From the NCBI GenBank assembly GCA_963748815.1, contig CAVVKJ010000005.1, positions 32,001 to 96,000 of the forward strand: 64,000 nucleotides of DNA. Direction: 5' to 3'. Under the pieces are notes generated by a model. That model was not told where the DNA came from. It did not search any database and worked only from the letters and a program-made list of their open reading frames with translations. The translations under genes and the position numbers were made by a program. Below are positions 42,088-53,317 of the stretch, piece by piece. Positions within the stretch are counted from its first letter, which is position 1. Each line of letters opens with the position of its first letter. This DNA is from an uncultured Gemmatimonadales bacterium (GTDB lineage Bacteria > Gemmatimonadota > Gemmatimonadetes > Gemmatimonadales > GWC2-71-9).

Positions 42088-44154
42088 ATGACCCGCTCCG
42101 CGACTTCCCTCGTGCCGCCCGGCACCGCCCGCCGGGCGCTCCGCGAGTCCTTCACGAAGCTCCATCCTCGCCACCAGCTCCGGAACCCGGTGATGTTCGT
42201 CGTCCTGGTCGGCAGCGTGTTTACGCTGGTCCTCGCCGGGGCCTCCTTCCGCGGCATCGGGGAGGAGAGCCCGTGGTTCATCCTCGGTGTCAGCGCCTGG
42301 CTCTGGCTCACGGTCCTGTTCGCCAACTTCGCCGAGGCGCTCGCCGAGGGGCGGGGGAAGGCCCAGGCCGACGCCCTGCGGCGGACCCGGACTGCCCTGC
42401 AGGCCAGGCGCCTCGCCGATCCGTCCAATCACCTCGACTTCGAGATGACGCCCGCCGCCGACCTCCGAAAGGACGATGTCGTCTTCGTGCCGGCTGGTGA
42501 ATACATCCCGGCGGACGGCGAGATCGTCGAGGGGGTGGCCTCGGTGGACGAGAGCGCCGTGACCGGCGAGAGCGCCCCCGTGATCCGCGAGAGCGGCGGG
42601 GATCGGAGCGCCGTGACCGGCGGCACGCGCGTGCTGTCCGACTGGCTGGTGGTACGCGTGACCGTCAACCCCGGCGAGTCGTTCCTCGACCGGATGATCG
42701 GTCTCATCGAGGCCGCGCATCGGCGGAAGACCCCCAACGAGATCGCGCTCGAGATCCTGCTGGCCGGGCTCACGCTGATCTTCCTGCTCACCGTGGCCAC
42801 ACTGCTCCCGTTCTCCATCTACAGCGTCGGCGCGGCGGGCCGGGGCTCCCCGATCACCCTTACCGTCCTGGTAGCGCTCCTCGTGTGCCTGATTCCCACG
42901 ACGATCGGCGGGCTGCTCTCGGCCATTGGCATTGCCGGCATGGACCGGATGATCCGGAAGAACGTGATCGCCATGTCGGGCCGAGCGGTGGAGGCCGCGG
43001 GTGACGTCGACGTGCTGCTCCTCGACAAGACCGGGACCATTACGCTGGGCAACCGCCAGGCGGTGGCGTTCATGCCGGCGGAGGGGGTGAGCGAGCATGC
43101 GCTGGCGGATGCGGCGCAACTGGCCTCACTGGCCGACGAAACCCCCGAGGGACGGAGTATCGTGGTGCTCGCCAAGTCGAAATTCGGCATCCGGGAGCGC
43201 GACGTGCACGCCCTGGGCGCCCATTTCGTCCCGTTTTCCGCCGAGACCCGCATGAGCGGCGTGGACCTCGAGGGCCGCCGGATCCGGAAGGGAGCCGCGG
43301 AGACGATCGTGAGCTGGGTGCGCCAGATGGGCGGTCAGGTGCCGGCCAACGTGGACACGGCGGTCACCTCCATCGCCCGGACCGGCGGCACGCCGCTCGT
43401 CGTGGCGGAGGGAGACCGGGTGCTCGGCGTCATTCAGCTCAAGGACGTGGTGAAGGGCGGGATCAAGGAGCGCTTCGGCGAACTCCGCTCGATGGGGATC
43501 AAGACCGTTATGATCACCGGCGACAATCCGCTGACGGCCGCGGCCATCGCGGCGGAAGCCGGGGTGGACGACTACCTGGCACAGGCCACGCCGGAGCAGA
43601 AGCTGGCGCTGATCCGGCAGTACCAGGCCGAGGGCCGGCTGGTGGCGATGACCGGCGACGGGACCAACGACGCCCCGGCGCTGGCGCAGGCCGACGTGGC
43701 GGTGGCTATGAACTCGGGCACCCAGGCGGCCAAGGAAGCCGGCAACATGGTGGACCTCGACAGCAACCCGACGAAGCTGATCGAGGTGGTCGAGACCGGC
43801 AAGCAGATGCTGATGACCCGCGGCGCGCTGACCACCTTCAGCACGGCGAACGACGTGGCGAAGTACTTCGCCATCATCCCGGCCGCGTTCGTCAGCACCT
43901 ATCCCGCGCTCGGTGCGCTCAACATCATGCGCCTCGCCACGCCGCAGAGCGCGGTGCTGTCGGCGGTCATGTTCAACGCGCTCATCATCGTGTTCCTGAT
44001 TCCGCTGGCGCTCAAGGGCGTGGCCTACCGGCCACTGGGCGCCGCGTCGCTCCTTCGACGAAACCTGCTGGTTTACGGCCTGGGCGGCATCCTGGCGCCG
44101 TTCGTCGGGATCAAGCTGATCGATCTTCTGCTCGTCGCCCTGCACTTGGCGTGA
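42088..44154 (+). CDS. kdpB: K+-transporting ATPase subunit B
   Basis: [44 protein letters not shown]. Confidence 0.98.
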   Translation: MTRSATSLVPPGTARRALRESFTKLHPRHQLRNPVMFVVLVGSVFTLVLAGASFRGIGEESPWFILGVSAWLWLTVLFANFAEALAEGRGKAQADALRRTRTALQARRLADPSNHLDFEMTPAADLRKDDVVFVPAGEYIPADGEIVEGVASVDESAVTGESAPVIRESGGDRSAVTGGTRVLSDWLVVRVTVNPGESFLDRMIGLIEAAHRRKTPNEIALEILLAGLTLIFLLTVATLLPFSIYSVGAAGRGSPITLTVLVALLVCLIPTTIGGLLSAIGIAGMDRMIRKNVIAMSGRAVEAAGDVDVLLLDKTGTITLGNRQAVAFMPAEGVSEHALADAAQLASLADETPEGRSIVVLAKSKFGIRERDVHALGAHFVPFSAETRMSGVDLEGRRIRKGAAETIVSWVRQMGGQVPANVDTAVTSIARTGGTPLVVAEGDRVLGVIQLKDVVKGGIKERFGELRSMGIKTVMITGDNPLTAAAIAAEAGVDDYLAQATPEQKLALIRQYQAEGRLVAMTGDGTNDAPALAQADVAVAMNSGTQAAKEAGNMVDLDSNPTKLIEVVETGKQMLMTRGALTTFSTANDVAKYFAIIPAAFVSTYPALGALNIMRLATPQSAVLSAVMFNALIIVFLIPLALKGVAYRPLGAASLLRRNLLVYGLGGILAPFVGIKLIDLLLVALHLA

Positions 44155-44163
44155 GGACCTGAC

Positions 44164-44739
44164 ATGCGTTCCCTGATGCGCCCCGCGCTCATGTTCGTCG
44201 CCCTGATGACTCTGCTCACGGGCGCGCTGTACCCGGCCGCGATCACCGGCCTGGCGCAACTGCTCTTTCCTTCCCAGGCCAACGGGAGCCTGATCGTGGT
44301 GGACGGCACGGCGCGCGGTTCGCGCCTCGTGGGCCAGCCCTTCAGCGCGCCAGGATATCTCTGGTCGCGTCCCTCGGCCACCGGCCCGACGCCCTACAAC
44401 GGGGCCGCCTCGAGCGGCTCCAACCAGGGTCCCAGCAACCTGGCACTGCACGACGCGGTGGCGGCCCGCATCACCGCGCTCCGCGCCGCCGACAGCACGC
44501 TGACCGGGCCGGTGCCGGTGGACCTGGTGACCGCGTCGGGGAGCGGGCTGGACCCGCACCTGTCGGTGGCCGCGGCGACGGTGCAGGTGCCGCGGATCGC
44601 CCGGGCCCGGGGGATGACCCCAGATGCGGTGCAGGCGGTCATCGCCGCCAATACCGAGCAGCGGTTCCTCGGGGTGTTCGGTGAACCGCGCGTCAACGTC
44701 CTCCTGGTCAATCTGGCCCTCGATCGAGGGACCCCATGA
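44164..44739 (+). CDS. kdpC: K+-transporting ATPase subunit C
   Basis: ANGSL, GSRLVGQ, SGSGLDPH, GEPRVNVL. Confidence 0.97.
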   Translation: MRSLMRPALMFVALMTLLTGALYPAAITGLAQLLFPSQANGSLIVVDGTARGSRLVGQPFSAPGYLWSRPSATGPTPYNGAASSGSNQGPSNLALHDAVAARITALRAADSTLTGPVPVDLVTASGSGLDPHLSVAAATVQVPRIARARGMTPDAVQAVIAANTEQRFLGVFGEPRVNVLLVNLALDRGTP

Positions 44740-45806
44740 TCTCGCTCGCGCTGGCGGCCCTCGTGCTGACCTCGCAGGATACGACACCGAAGTCGGCTGT
44801 GGCCTTCGGGGCGTTCATCGACACCTACTTCGCCTGGGACTTCGGCCAGCCGGACGCCTTCGACCGGCCCTTCACCACCCAGCCGGCGCGGCACGACGAG
44901 TTCAATGTGAACCTGGCCTTTCTCGAGGCGAAACTGGCCGGTGAAAAGGTCCGCGGGCGCGTGGCGCTGCAGGCCGGCACGTCGGTGCAGGCCAACTACG
45001 CCGGCGAACCCAACGTCGGGAGCGTCAGCGGGGACGACCTCGCGCGCATCATCCAGGAGGCCTGGGTGGGCGTGCGGGTGTCGCCGAAGCTCTGGGTGGA
45101 CGGCGGCATCTACTTCTCGCCCATCGGGTGGGAGAGTTTCATTTCCTGGGACAACCCGACCTACACCCGCTCCCTGCTGGCGGAGTACACGCCCTATTTC
45201 GTGACCGGCGCCAAGGTGACGTGGGCCGCCTCGTCCAAGGTGACGGCGCAGTTCCACGTGGTGAACGGCTGGCAAATCGTGTCGGAAAACAACCCCGACA
45301 AATCGTTCATCGCCCGGGTGGACTGGCAGGCCACGCCGGCGCTGGCCCTGGCGTACGCGTTCTACGCGGGCAACGAGCAGCTCGACACGCTGCCGGCCCG
45401 TACCCGGTACTACAACCAGCTGCTGGCCAAGGTGGCGGCCGGGCACGGCTGGGATTTCTGGGGGACGTTCGACGTCGGGGCGCAGACGGTTCCCGATGCG
45501 TCCACCCAGACCTGGTACGGCGCGGTGCTCATCGGCCGGAAGGCGCTCTCGAAGAAGGTGGCCGTGGTCGGCCGGGTGGAGGGGCACTCCGACCGGGATC
45601 AGGTGTTAATCTTCACCGGCACCCCGGACGGCTTCCGGACGATCGGCGGTTCGATCGGTGTCGACGTGCAACCCGAGGAGTACGTGAAGTGGCGGACGGA
45701 ATTGCGCGGGTTTTCCTCGTCGGACCCGGTCTGGCCGGATCAGGGCGCCCCTGCCGGATCGGAGACGGGTGGGTTCATCGTCACCTCGCTCTCGCTTCGG
45801 TTCTGA
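44736..45806 (+). CDS. Putative outer-membrane beta-barrel porin within the kdp operon
   Basis: Signal peptide, amphipathic strands, terminal Phe (LSLRF); coupled to kdpC by ATGA. Confidence 0.75.
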   Translation: MISLALAALVLTSQDTTPKSAVAFGAFIDTYFAWDFGQPDAFDRPFTTQPARHDEFNVNLAFLEAKLAGEKVRGRVALQAGTSVQANYAGEPNVGSVSGDDLARIIQEAWVGVRVSPKLWVDGGIYFSPIGWESFISWDNPTYTRSLLAEYTPYFVTGAKVTWAASSKVTAQFHVVNGWQIVSENNPDKSFIARVDWQATPALALAYAFYAGNEQLDTLPARTRYYNQLLAKVAAGHGWDFWGTFDVGAQTVPDASTQTWYGAVLIGRKALSKKVAVVGRVEGHSDRDQVLIFTGTPDGFRTIGGSIGVDVQPEEYVKWRTELRGFSSSDPVWPDQGAPAGSETGGFIVTSLSLRF

Positions 45807-45834
45807 TGTTCTTCAACTCCTGCGGCGGCGACGC

Positions 45835-48537
45835 ATGACGGGAACGCGCCCCGATCCCGACGCGCTGCTGGCCCGTGTTCAGCAGGAAGAGAGCCGCTCC
45901 CGACGGGGGCGGCTCAAGGTGTTTGTGGGCGCCTCGCCCGGGGTGGGGAAGACCTTCAGCATGCTGGAGGCGGCGCGCGCCGCACGGCTCGGCGGGCAGA
46001 ATGTCCTCGTCGGCGTGGTGGAGACCCACGGTCGGCGCGAGACCGCCGCGCTGGTGGAAGGGCTCGACGTGCTGCCGCGGAAAGTGTTCACCCACCGGGG
46101 TACCAACCTCGAAGAGTTCGATCTCGACACCGCGCTCGCCCGCCGGCCCGATCTGATCCTGATGGATGAGATGGCGCACTCCAACGCGCCGGGCGCGCGG
46201 CATGCGAAGCGCTACCAGGACATCGACGAGCTGCTGCGCGCCGGCATCCACGTCTTCACGACGCTCAACGTCCAGCACCTCGAGAGCCTCAACGACGTCG
46301 TGGCTCAGATCACCGGCGTGACCGTGCGCGAGACCGTGCCGGATGCCGTCTTGGACGAGGCTGACGAGATCGAACTGGTGGACGTGACGCCGGAGGTGCT
46401 GGAACAGCGGCTCCGCGAGGGCAAGGTGTACCTCCCGGAGCAGGCCCAACGGGCACTCGATCGCTTCTTCCGGCGCGGCAACCTGATCGCGCTCCGCGAG
46501 CTGGCGCTCCGCCGCACGGCGGAACGGGTGGACGAGCAGATGCGCGGCTATCGCGCCTCGGCCGGGATCGCGGAACCGTGGGCGGCGGCCGAGCGATTAC
46601 TGGTGTGCGTGTCCCCGTCCGAACGAAGCCTCCGCCTGGTACGGAGCGCTCGGCGCCTGGCCGGGCTGCTTCGGGCGCCCTGGACGGCGCTCTATGTCGA
46701 GCTGCCCCGCCACGCGACCATGCCGGCCCGAAGCCGCGAAGCGGCGCAGGAGGCGCTGCGCCTGGCGGAGGAATTGGGTGGCACCGCCGTGGCAGTACCG
46801 GGCCACGATGCCGCGGAGGAGGTCCTCGCCTACGCCCGCAGCCACAATGCGACGCGCATCATGGTCGGTCGCTCGAGGCGAGGTTGGTTGGGTCGGTGGT
46901 TCCCGATGTCCGTGGCGGGCCGTCTGGTGCGCGGTGCGGAGGGGATGCACGTCTGGGTCGGCGCCGACGACGACCAGGGCACCGAGGAGGAACGCCGGCC
47001 AACGGGCGCGCTCACCATCGCCCCGGTGCGAGACTACCTTGGCGCGACGGTGATCGTCGCGTTGATGACCGCCCTGGCCCTGCCGTTCCATGGCACGCTG
47101 GCCGAGATCGACGCCGCCATGCTCTACCTGCTCGCGGTCGTCATCACCGCCGCGCGTTATGGGCGAGGCCCCTCGGTGCTGGCCGGCCTCCTCTCGGTGG
47201 CCGTGTTCGACATCTCGTTCGTTCAGCCCTACGGGACCTTCGCCGTGACCGACGTGCGATACCTGCTCACTTTCGTGATGATGCTGGTCGTGGCGCTGGT
47301 CATGGGTGGCTTGACGAACCGCGTGCGCGAGCAGGCCAGCGTGGCACGGCTCCGCGAGCGTCGGGCATCCACGCTCTACGCGGTCAGCCGGGACCTAGCC
47401 GGCGCGCGGACCCGGCCCGAGCTCGCCCGGGTGACGCTGCGCCACCTGCAGGATCTCTTCGGTGGCTCGGTCATGCTCATCCTGCCGGACGTGGAAGGAG
47501 GTCTCGGTGTGGTGGCCGAGATGCCGCCGCAGGACGGGGACCGGCGGGACCTCGGTGTGGCGAAATGGGTGTTCGAGCATGGGGAGTGGGCGGGGCGGAG
47601 CACCCAGACGCTCCCGGCGGCCGATGCGGTCTATGTGCCACTGGCGACGCCCGACCGGGTGCTGGGCGTCGTGGGGATGCGCCCGGAGCCCCCCGATCGA
47701 CTCGCTGATCCCTCGCAGCGCCACCTGCTCGAATCCCTGCTGGGCCAGGCCGCCGTGGCGCTCGAACGCACGAAGCTGGCGGAGGAGAAGCGGGTGGTGC
47801 ATCTCGAGTTCGAGGCGGAGCAGCTGCGCACCTCGCTGCTCAGCTCGCTCTCGCACGACCTGCGCACCCCGCTGGCTGGCATCGAGGGCGCGGCGAGCAG
47901 CCTCGCCGCGGACGACGGTCGGCTCACGGGCCCGACGCGACGCGAACTCGCGCAGACTATTGTGGACGAGTCGCGACGGATGACCCGGCTGGTGGCGAAC
48001 CTGCTGGACATGGTACGGGTCGAGAGCGGGGCGCTGGCGGTGCACCGGGGCTGGCATGTGCTCGAGGAGGTGGTGGGCGTGGCGCTGCTCCGCGCCGGGG
48101 AACGGCTCGCCGGGCGCCCGGTCACCACCGATCTTCCTGCCACGCTCCCGCTGGTCCCCATCGACGACGTCCTGATTGAGCAGGTGCTGATCAATCTCCT
48201 GGAGAACGCCGCCAAGTACACGCCGGCCGGCAGTCCCATCGAGATCAGCGCCAGCGCGCGGCGCAGCGAAGTGCTCGTGACGGTGGCCGACCGCGGCCCG
48301 GGCGTCCCGACCGAGGAATCCGAGAAGATCTTCGAGAAATTCCACCGGGCGGCGCGGGGGGCGGGCGGTGTGGGCCTCGGCCTCGCCATCTGCCGAGGCA
48401 TCATCAAGGCGCACGGCGGCCGGCTCTGGGTGGACGCCCGGGAGGGCGGCGGCGCGGCATTCCGCTTTACGCTCCCGATCATCGGGACCCCACCCGACTT
48501 CGAGCGGGAGCACGGGGAACTCGAGGCGGCGGGATGA
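45835..48537 (+). CDS. kdpD: Sensor histidine kinase KdpD
   Basis: GASPGVGKT, ETHGR, NVQHLESLND, USP domain, 4 TM, GAF, SHDLRTPL, NLLENA, GLGLAIC. Confidence 0.97.
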   Translation: MTGTRPDPDALLARVQQEESRSRRGRLKVFVGASPGVGKTFSMLEAARAARLGGQNVLVGVVETHGRRETAALVEGLDVLPRKVFTHRGTNLEEFDLDTALARRPDLILMDEMAHSNAPGARHAKRYQDIDELLRAGIHVFTTLNVQHLESLNDVVAQITGVTVRETVPDAVLDEADEIELVDVTPEVLEQRLREGKVYLPEQAQRALDRFFRRGNLIALRELALRRTAERVDEQMRGYRASAGIAEPWAAAERLLVCVSPSERSLRLVRSARRLAGLLRAPWTALYVELPRHATMPARSREAAQEALRLAEELGGTAVAVPGHDAAEEVLAYARSHNATRIMVGRSRRGWLGRWFPMSVAGRLVRGAEGMHVWVGADDDQGTEEERRPTGALTIAPVRDYLGATVIVALMTALALPFHGTLAEIDAAMLYLLAVVITAARYGRGPSVLAGLLSVAVFDISFVQPYGTFAVTDVRYLLTFVMMLVVALVMGGLTNRVREQASVARLRERRASTLYAVSRDLAGARTRPELARVTLRHLQDLFGGSVMLILPDVEGGLGVVAEMPPQDGDRRDLGVAKWVFEHGEWAGRSTQTLPAADAVYVPLATPDRVLGVVGMRPEPPDRLADPSQRHLLESLLGQAAVALERTKLAEEKRVVHLEFEAEQLRTSLLSSLSHDLRTPLAGIEGAASSLAADDGRLTGPTRRELAQTIVDESRRMTRLVANLLDMVRVESGALAVHRGWHVLEEVVGVALLRAGERLAGRPVTTDLPATLPLVPIDDVLIEQVLINLLENAAKYTPAGSPIEISASARRSEVLVTVADRGPGVPTEESEKIFEKFHRAARGAGGVGLGLAICRGIIKAHGGRLWVDAREGGGAAFRFTLPIIGTPPDFEREHGELEAAG

Positions 48538-49235
48538 GCCAGAACGGCCCGGTGGTGCTGCTGATCGAGGACGAGGTGCCGATGCGGCGGTTCCTCCGCG
48601 TGGCGCTCGCCTCGGAGTCGTACCGGCTGGTCGAAGCCGGCACGGCTCGTGACGGGTTGGCGGAAGCCGCCAGCCGGAATCCCGATCTGATCCTGCTCGA
48701 CCTCGGCCTGCCCGACGCAGACGGCATCGACGTGACCCGCCGGCTCCGGGAGTGGTCAACCCGGCCGATCATCGTGCTCTCGGCCCGCGGGCAGGAGCGC
48801 GACAAGATCGATGCCCTCGACGCCGGAGCCGACGACTATCTCACCAAGCCGTTCAGCGTACCGGAATTGCTCGCGCGCATGCGTGTCGCCCTGCGGCATG
48901 CCGCCCGCGGCCCCTCCAGTGCGGAGGAGCCGGTGTTCACGGCAGGCCAGCTCTCGATCGATCGGGCCCGGCGCATCGTGACGGTCCGCGGCCAGGCGGT
49001 GCACCTCACGCCGACCGAGTACCGGCTCCTGCTCGCGCTGGCGAAGCATGCGGGTCGGGTGCTCACGCATCGACATCTCCTGCGCGAAGTCTGGGGCCCG
49101 GGCCGCATCGGGCAGGATCACTATCTGCGGGTGTACATGGCACAATTGCGCGCCAAGATCGAGCGCGACCCGGCGAGGCCCGAATACCTGCGGACGGAGC
49201 CGGGCGTGGGGTATCGGATGATGGAGGGCGACTAG
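48534..49235 (+). CDS. kdpE: Response regulator KdpE
   Basis: LLDLGLPD, GADDYLTKPF, LRVYMAQLRAKIE..TEPGVGYR. Confidence 0.96.
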   Translation: MSQNGPVVLLIEDEVPMRRFLRVALASESYRLVEAGTARDGLAEAASRNPDLILLDLGLPDADGIDVTRRLREWSTRPIIVLSARGQERDKIDALDAGADDYLTKPFSVPELLARMRVALRHAARGPSSAEEPVFTAGQLSIDRARRIVTVRGQAVHLTPTEYRLLLALAKHAGRVLTHRHLLREVWGPGRIGQDHYLRVYMAQLRAKIERDPARPEYLRTEPGVGYRMMEGD

Positions 49236-49338
49236 GGCGGGGCAGCGGGGCAGGGAGGCAGCAAATGAAACGGGCGCACCAAGGTGCGCCCGTCTGCATT
49301 CCTGCCCCACGGCCCCGCCGCCTCCCGGCCCCGCCTAG
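49233..49338. terminator. Bidirectional hairpin between kdpE and a convergent gene
   Basis: Core ACGGGCGCACC-AA-GGTGCGCCCGT flanked by inverted GCGGGGCA-type tracts. Confidence 0.65.
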
Positions 49339-50604
49339 TTGGGGGCGTGCACCCCCGGCCCGCCGTAGTCCCGATCCCCACCGAGCGTCGGCCCGCGGAA
49401 CTCGAAGGAGTTCGCATTGTCCATCCTGGCCACGACCTGGCGCACCGCGCCGGGGAATGCGGTGGTCCGCCCGTTCCGCCCGAACGGATCGGTATACCAT
49501 ACCTCGGGGCCGTCCGCGTTCCGGATGCGGTTGCCGTTGATGTCCACCTGCCGCCGTACGCCGTTGAAGGGGGAGCGGGGGTCGTCGTAGGCCAGGGACG
49601 TCAACGTGCCGTTGGCTGTCGCCTGGTCGCAGAGCCACCCCTTGGCGCGATCACCGTTGGTCTCGGTCGCGAAGCACATGTCCACCGTGCGCCCGGTGAT
49701 GCCCGGGCAGCGTCGGGTCGTAGAACCGGCTCGGATAGAACACCTGATAGTAGGGGTCGATGCTTGCCAGGGTCTGCCCCGAGACGGTGCGGAGGCTCGC
49801 GCTGATCTGCCAGCTCTCGTGGAGTGCGGAGCCGAAACTGGAGGACTGGCCCGGCGGCACCAGCATGTGACGCTCGATGCACGCCCGGTCAGGGACGGTC
49901 CGCTTTCCGCCGCCACTCGGGCTGTTGAGCGGCGTCGGCGCGCCGACCGGCACGTGCACCTCGTGGTCACACGACTCGACCATCTCTCCCGGCACGCCGA
50001 TGGCGGCCATGACGGTCATGCCGATCCGGGTGCCGCCGGTGCAATCCACCTGGTAGACCAGCTCGTGCAGGTTGTTGGTGAACGCATCCTTGGAGTGCGT
50101 CCCCTGGTGCAGCTTGGTGAGGACATCGCACTTGATCTCCAGGACGGAGCTGGCCACGCCGTCGCCGAGGTCGAAGGGGACGTCGTTCTCCCACTCGATC
50201 TTGTGGCCGACGTGATCCTCGTTGCGGACGCCGGTGGGGTCCCAGATGGCCAGCTGCTCGTTGGCGTAGCCAAAGGGGATCGGCCCGACGCGCCGGTAGA
50301 GGTCGGACCCGCGCGGGTCGCGCCCGTGCTCGTGCCCGAAGTGGCATCCGGTGGCAGGATCCACTGGGGGGTGCCAGGTCGGGTAGAGCTTCCCGTCGGG
50401 ACCCACCGTCGAGTACTGGTTGTGAATCTCGGCGGTACAGTCGTCGTTCGGGCCGGGTTGCCAGAGATTGTAGGCCACGCTCACGCCGGTGGCGACCGGG
50501 GTGGACGGCGCACCGGCGTCCTCGGCACAGCCCGCCAGGGCCGTCACCGAGAGGAGCGCGGCCGCGAGGGTTCCAACGGGGAAGGGCAGGGTGGGGTGTC
50601 GCAT
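49335..50604 (-). CDS. His/Cys-rich hypothetical lipoprotein; +1 frameshift near 49705
   Basis: Lipobox LAGC and motifs TWHPP..CHFGHEHG, DHVGHK, HQGTH. The C-terminus (..PRSPFNG..GVHAPN) is in the next frame. Confidence 0.7.
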
Positions 50605-50615
50605 GACTCCTCCGC

Positions 50616-51206
50616 TCAATGAATCACCAGCGCCAGGCCAAACTGGAATGAGGAGACGCTGGCGTCTCCCGCGATGATCGATGTGGTGACGGTGTTGTCT
50701 TCGGTGTGCTCGAACTGGAGGTCACCAGACAGGGTGTACTGGTAGTTGAAGTACGGGTTGAGGGAGTAGTTCTTCCCGACCCGCCACTCATATCCCAGGC
50801 CGATGATACCGCCCGGCTGGGTCGTGGAGATGACATCCACCGAGTCGCTCGCGCTGTACCCGGTGATGCCGAACCCGCCCTTCACATAGGCGCCGCGTGC
50901 AGGCCAGGGATACCAGAGCGCGATGGCGTTGGCGCTCCAGGAGCGGCGGGTTGCGACGTCCTGCGAGTTGGTCCATCCCGCGAGTTCGGCGCCGAGGAGC
51001 CAGGATTTTGACAGCACCCCGCCGGCGCGGATCGCCGCGGAGAGGTCGGTCCCGCTCTGGTCGTTGCAGATTTCGCAGTGGAGCTGGCTCGAGCCCGCGC
51101 CGAACCCGAACCCGTACCAGAAACCTTGGCGGGTGTTGGGATGCTGGGCGGTGACGGGCGTCACGAAGACCGCCAGCGCCACGGCGGTGAGCAGCAATCG
51201 GTTCAT
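50616..51206 (-). CDS. Small outer-membrane beta-barrel protein
   Basis: Signal peptide, about 8 amphipathic strands, CEIC loop. Confidence 0.7.
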   Translation of the reverse strand: MNRLLLTAVALAVFVTPVTAQHPNTRQGFWYGFGFGAGSSQLHCEICNDQSGTDLSAAIRAGGVLSKSWLLGAELAGWTNSQDVATRRSWSANAIALWYPWPARGAYVKGGFGITGYSASDSVDVISTTQPGGIIGLGYEWRVGKNYSLNPYFNYQYTLSGDLQFEHTEDNTVTTSIIAGDASVSSFQFGLALVIH

Positions 51207-51402
51207 GAATGGAATCCTCCTGGGAGCGTGCTACCGTGCAGGTTGGGGGCCAGTGGAGGGCGGGGCCGCGGGGCAGGGGGGCAGGGGGGCAGGGACGGCT
51301 AAGGTGATGTGCGGTGGGGTGTTCCGGGGCCCTATCGATTCGTCAGCCACCATTACCGATCGAGGCGACAGGAATTGCACAGGCGAAGCGCGAAATTGCA
51401 TG

Positions 51403-51435
51403 AAAAAACGCGGGAGGGCCGAGGCCCGCCCGCGT
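51403..51435 (-). terminator. Intrinsic terminator of the metal-uptake operon
   Basis: Minus strand ACGCGGGCGGGCC-TC-GGCCCTCCCGCG followed by TTTTTT. Confidence 0.8.
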
Positions 51436-51467
51436 GTGGGGTCGCACGCAAAGCACGCGCGGATGGC

Positions 51468-52286
51468 CTATGCCGATTTGGGCACGAACCGCCGGAGCAG
51501 GAACGCCAGCAGGAGCATGAGGCCGAAGGCGCAGACGATGACCGGTCCCGTGGGGAGGTCGTACCGGAACGACACCGCGATGCCGGCGGCCGATGCGAGG
51601 ATGCCGGTGAGCCAGGAGATGATGGCCAGGTACTTCTGGTTGGAGCTGAACTGGAACGCCGCCGCCGCCGGCACCACGAGGAACGAGAAGACCAGCAGCA
51701 CGCCGGCGATCGGCACCGACAGCGTGATCACGACGCCGAAGCTCAGGTAAAACCAGAAATCCCACCAGCGGATGCTCCACCCGTTGGCCAGGGCGGTGTC
51801 CGGTTCGAACGAAATGGTCAGGAACCGCTTCCGCAGCACGAAGTGGAAGACGCCAAGCGCAGCGTACACCGCCGCCATCTTGACGATGGCCGGCCAGGTG
51901 ACCCAGAGCAGGCTCCCCACCAGGATGTCCTTGATCGCCTCGCCGCCTCGCGGCACCCGGTCGGCCACGAGAATGGCTGCCGCCGAGGCGACGACGTACA
52001 CGATGCCGATGATCGCTTCCTGCGGGACCCGCCCCTTCTCGTGGGTGCGGGTCAGCGCAAAGAGGGCCGCGCCGAGGGTCGTGAACCCGAGCGCATAGAC
52101 GTAGGACATCGTCGAACCGGGCTCGGAGCCGGCAAAGATGGCCACCGTGGAACCGAGCGCCGCCATCTGGGCGAGCGAGAGGTCCACGAAGATGACCTCG
52201 CGCGCGATGATGTGGAGCCCGAGGTAGGAGTGGATGGCCACGATCACCATGCAGGCCGCCAGCGGCGGCAGGATCAGGTCGAGCAT
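51468..52286 (-). CDS. Metal ABC transporter permease (ZnuB/MntB family)
   Basis: HSYLGLH..IFVDLSLAQ, EAIIG, ILVGSLLWV, GVLLVFSFLVVPA, DLPTGP. Confidence 0.88.
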   Translation of the reverse strand: MLDLILPPLAACMVIVAIHSYLGLHIIAREVIFVDLSLAQMAALGSTVAIFAGSEPGSTMSYVYALGFTTLGAALFALTRTHEKGRVPQEAIIGIVYVVASAAAILVADRVPRGGEAIKDILVGSLLWVTWPAIVKMAAVYAALGVFHFVLRKRFLTISFEPDTALANGWSIRWWDFWFYLSFGVVITLSVPIAGVLLVFSFLVVPAAAAFQFSSNQKYLAIISWLTGILASAAGIAVSFRYDLPTGPVIVCAFGLMLLLAFLLRRFVPKSA

Positions 52287-52290
52287 CGGC

Positions 52291-53316
52291 TCATCCCTTC
52301 TTTCGGAAAGCGATGGCGAGGCCGTTCACCCAGCTGTCCACCAGCTCGAAGTAACTCGTGACGCCCGGGGCACCGAAAGTGTTCTCGGGGACGACGACCG
52401 CGGTGGCGCCGGTCTTCGCCGCCACCTGGTCGATCTGCGACTTGGGAAAGTAGTTGGAGGCAAACAGTGCCGGAATCTGCCGCTCCTTCATCAGGGCAAT
52501 GACCTCCTCGACGTGCCCCGGCGTCGGCGGAATCCCGGGCTTCGCCTCCACGTAGGCCACGCAGGTCACCTGGAAGCGAACGCTGAAGTACGCCCACTCC
52601 TTGTGGTAGCAGGCCATCTCCTTGCCGCGGAAATCGCTGCCCGCCCTCAGCCAGCCGCCGAGCTGGTCGGCGAGCGGCTTGCCGTGGAGCATCGTCCTGG
52701 CGATGAACCCGTCGAACTGGCCCGACTTGAGGAGGCTGAACGCCGTGGCCGGCGTCAGCACGTCCACCAGCTCCTTGCCGATGGTGGCCTCGAGGACCTT
52801 TCGCTCGAACTCGAGCTCCCGTGCCCGGTAGTAGTCGGCATTGGCCGGATCCACCTTCGTCAGCCCGGCGAGGATGTTCCGCCCGATGATGATCCCGTTC
52901 ACCGGGTCCGTGTGAATGTGCGGATTGCCCTCGGCGTGGATGTCGCCGCCGGCGCGGCTGAGCGAGGTGGGGACCTCCAGCAGCGTGATGCCGGTGTAGG
53001 CCGCGACGTATCCCGGTCCCCCCGACATGATCTTGCGGTTCCCCGCGCGGTCGAGGAGGGTGGGCACCCAGAGCTCGAGGTCGAGGCCGGTGGTCACGAA
53101 GAGATCGGCGTCGCGGAGCAGCGCCACGAAGCTTGGCTTCGGCTGGACGAAGTGCGGATCCTCGTCGCCCTGGGCGATCGAGGCGACCGTGCCGTGGTCG
53201 CCCACGATTTCCCGGGCGATGGATCCATAGGTGGTCAGGCTGGTGACGACCTTCACCTGGGCGGCGGGTGGTGCAGCCCAGAGGGTGGTGAGGAACAACA
53301 GCGCCGTGGAGAGCAT
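52291..53316 (-). CDS. Metal ABC substrate-binding protein (ZnuA/TroA family)
   Basis: VVTS, DPHF, GLDLE, GNPHIHTDP, YHKEWAYF, PGIPPTPGH. Confidence 0.9.
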   Translation of the reverse strand: MLSTALLFLTTLWAAPPAAQVKVVTSLTTYGSIAREIVGDHGTVASIAQGDEDPHFVQPKPSFVALLRDADLFVTTGLDLELWVPTLLDRAGNRKIMSGGPGYVAAYTGITLLEVPTSLSRAGGDIHAEGNPHIHTDPVNGIIIGRNILAGLTKVDPANADYYRARELEFERKVLEATIGKELVDVLTPATAFSLLKSGQFDGFIARTMLHGKPLADQLGGWLRAGSDFRGKEMACYHKEWAYFSVRFQVTCVAYVEAKPGIPPTPGHVEEVIALMKERQIPALFASNYFPKSQIDQVAAKTGATAVVVPENTFGAPGVTSYFELVDSWVNGLAIAFRKKG

Positions 53317-53317
53317 G

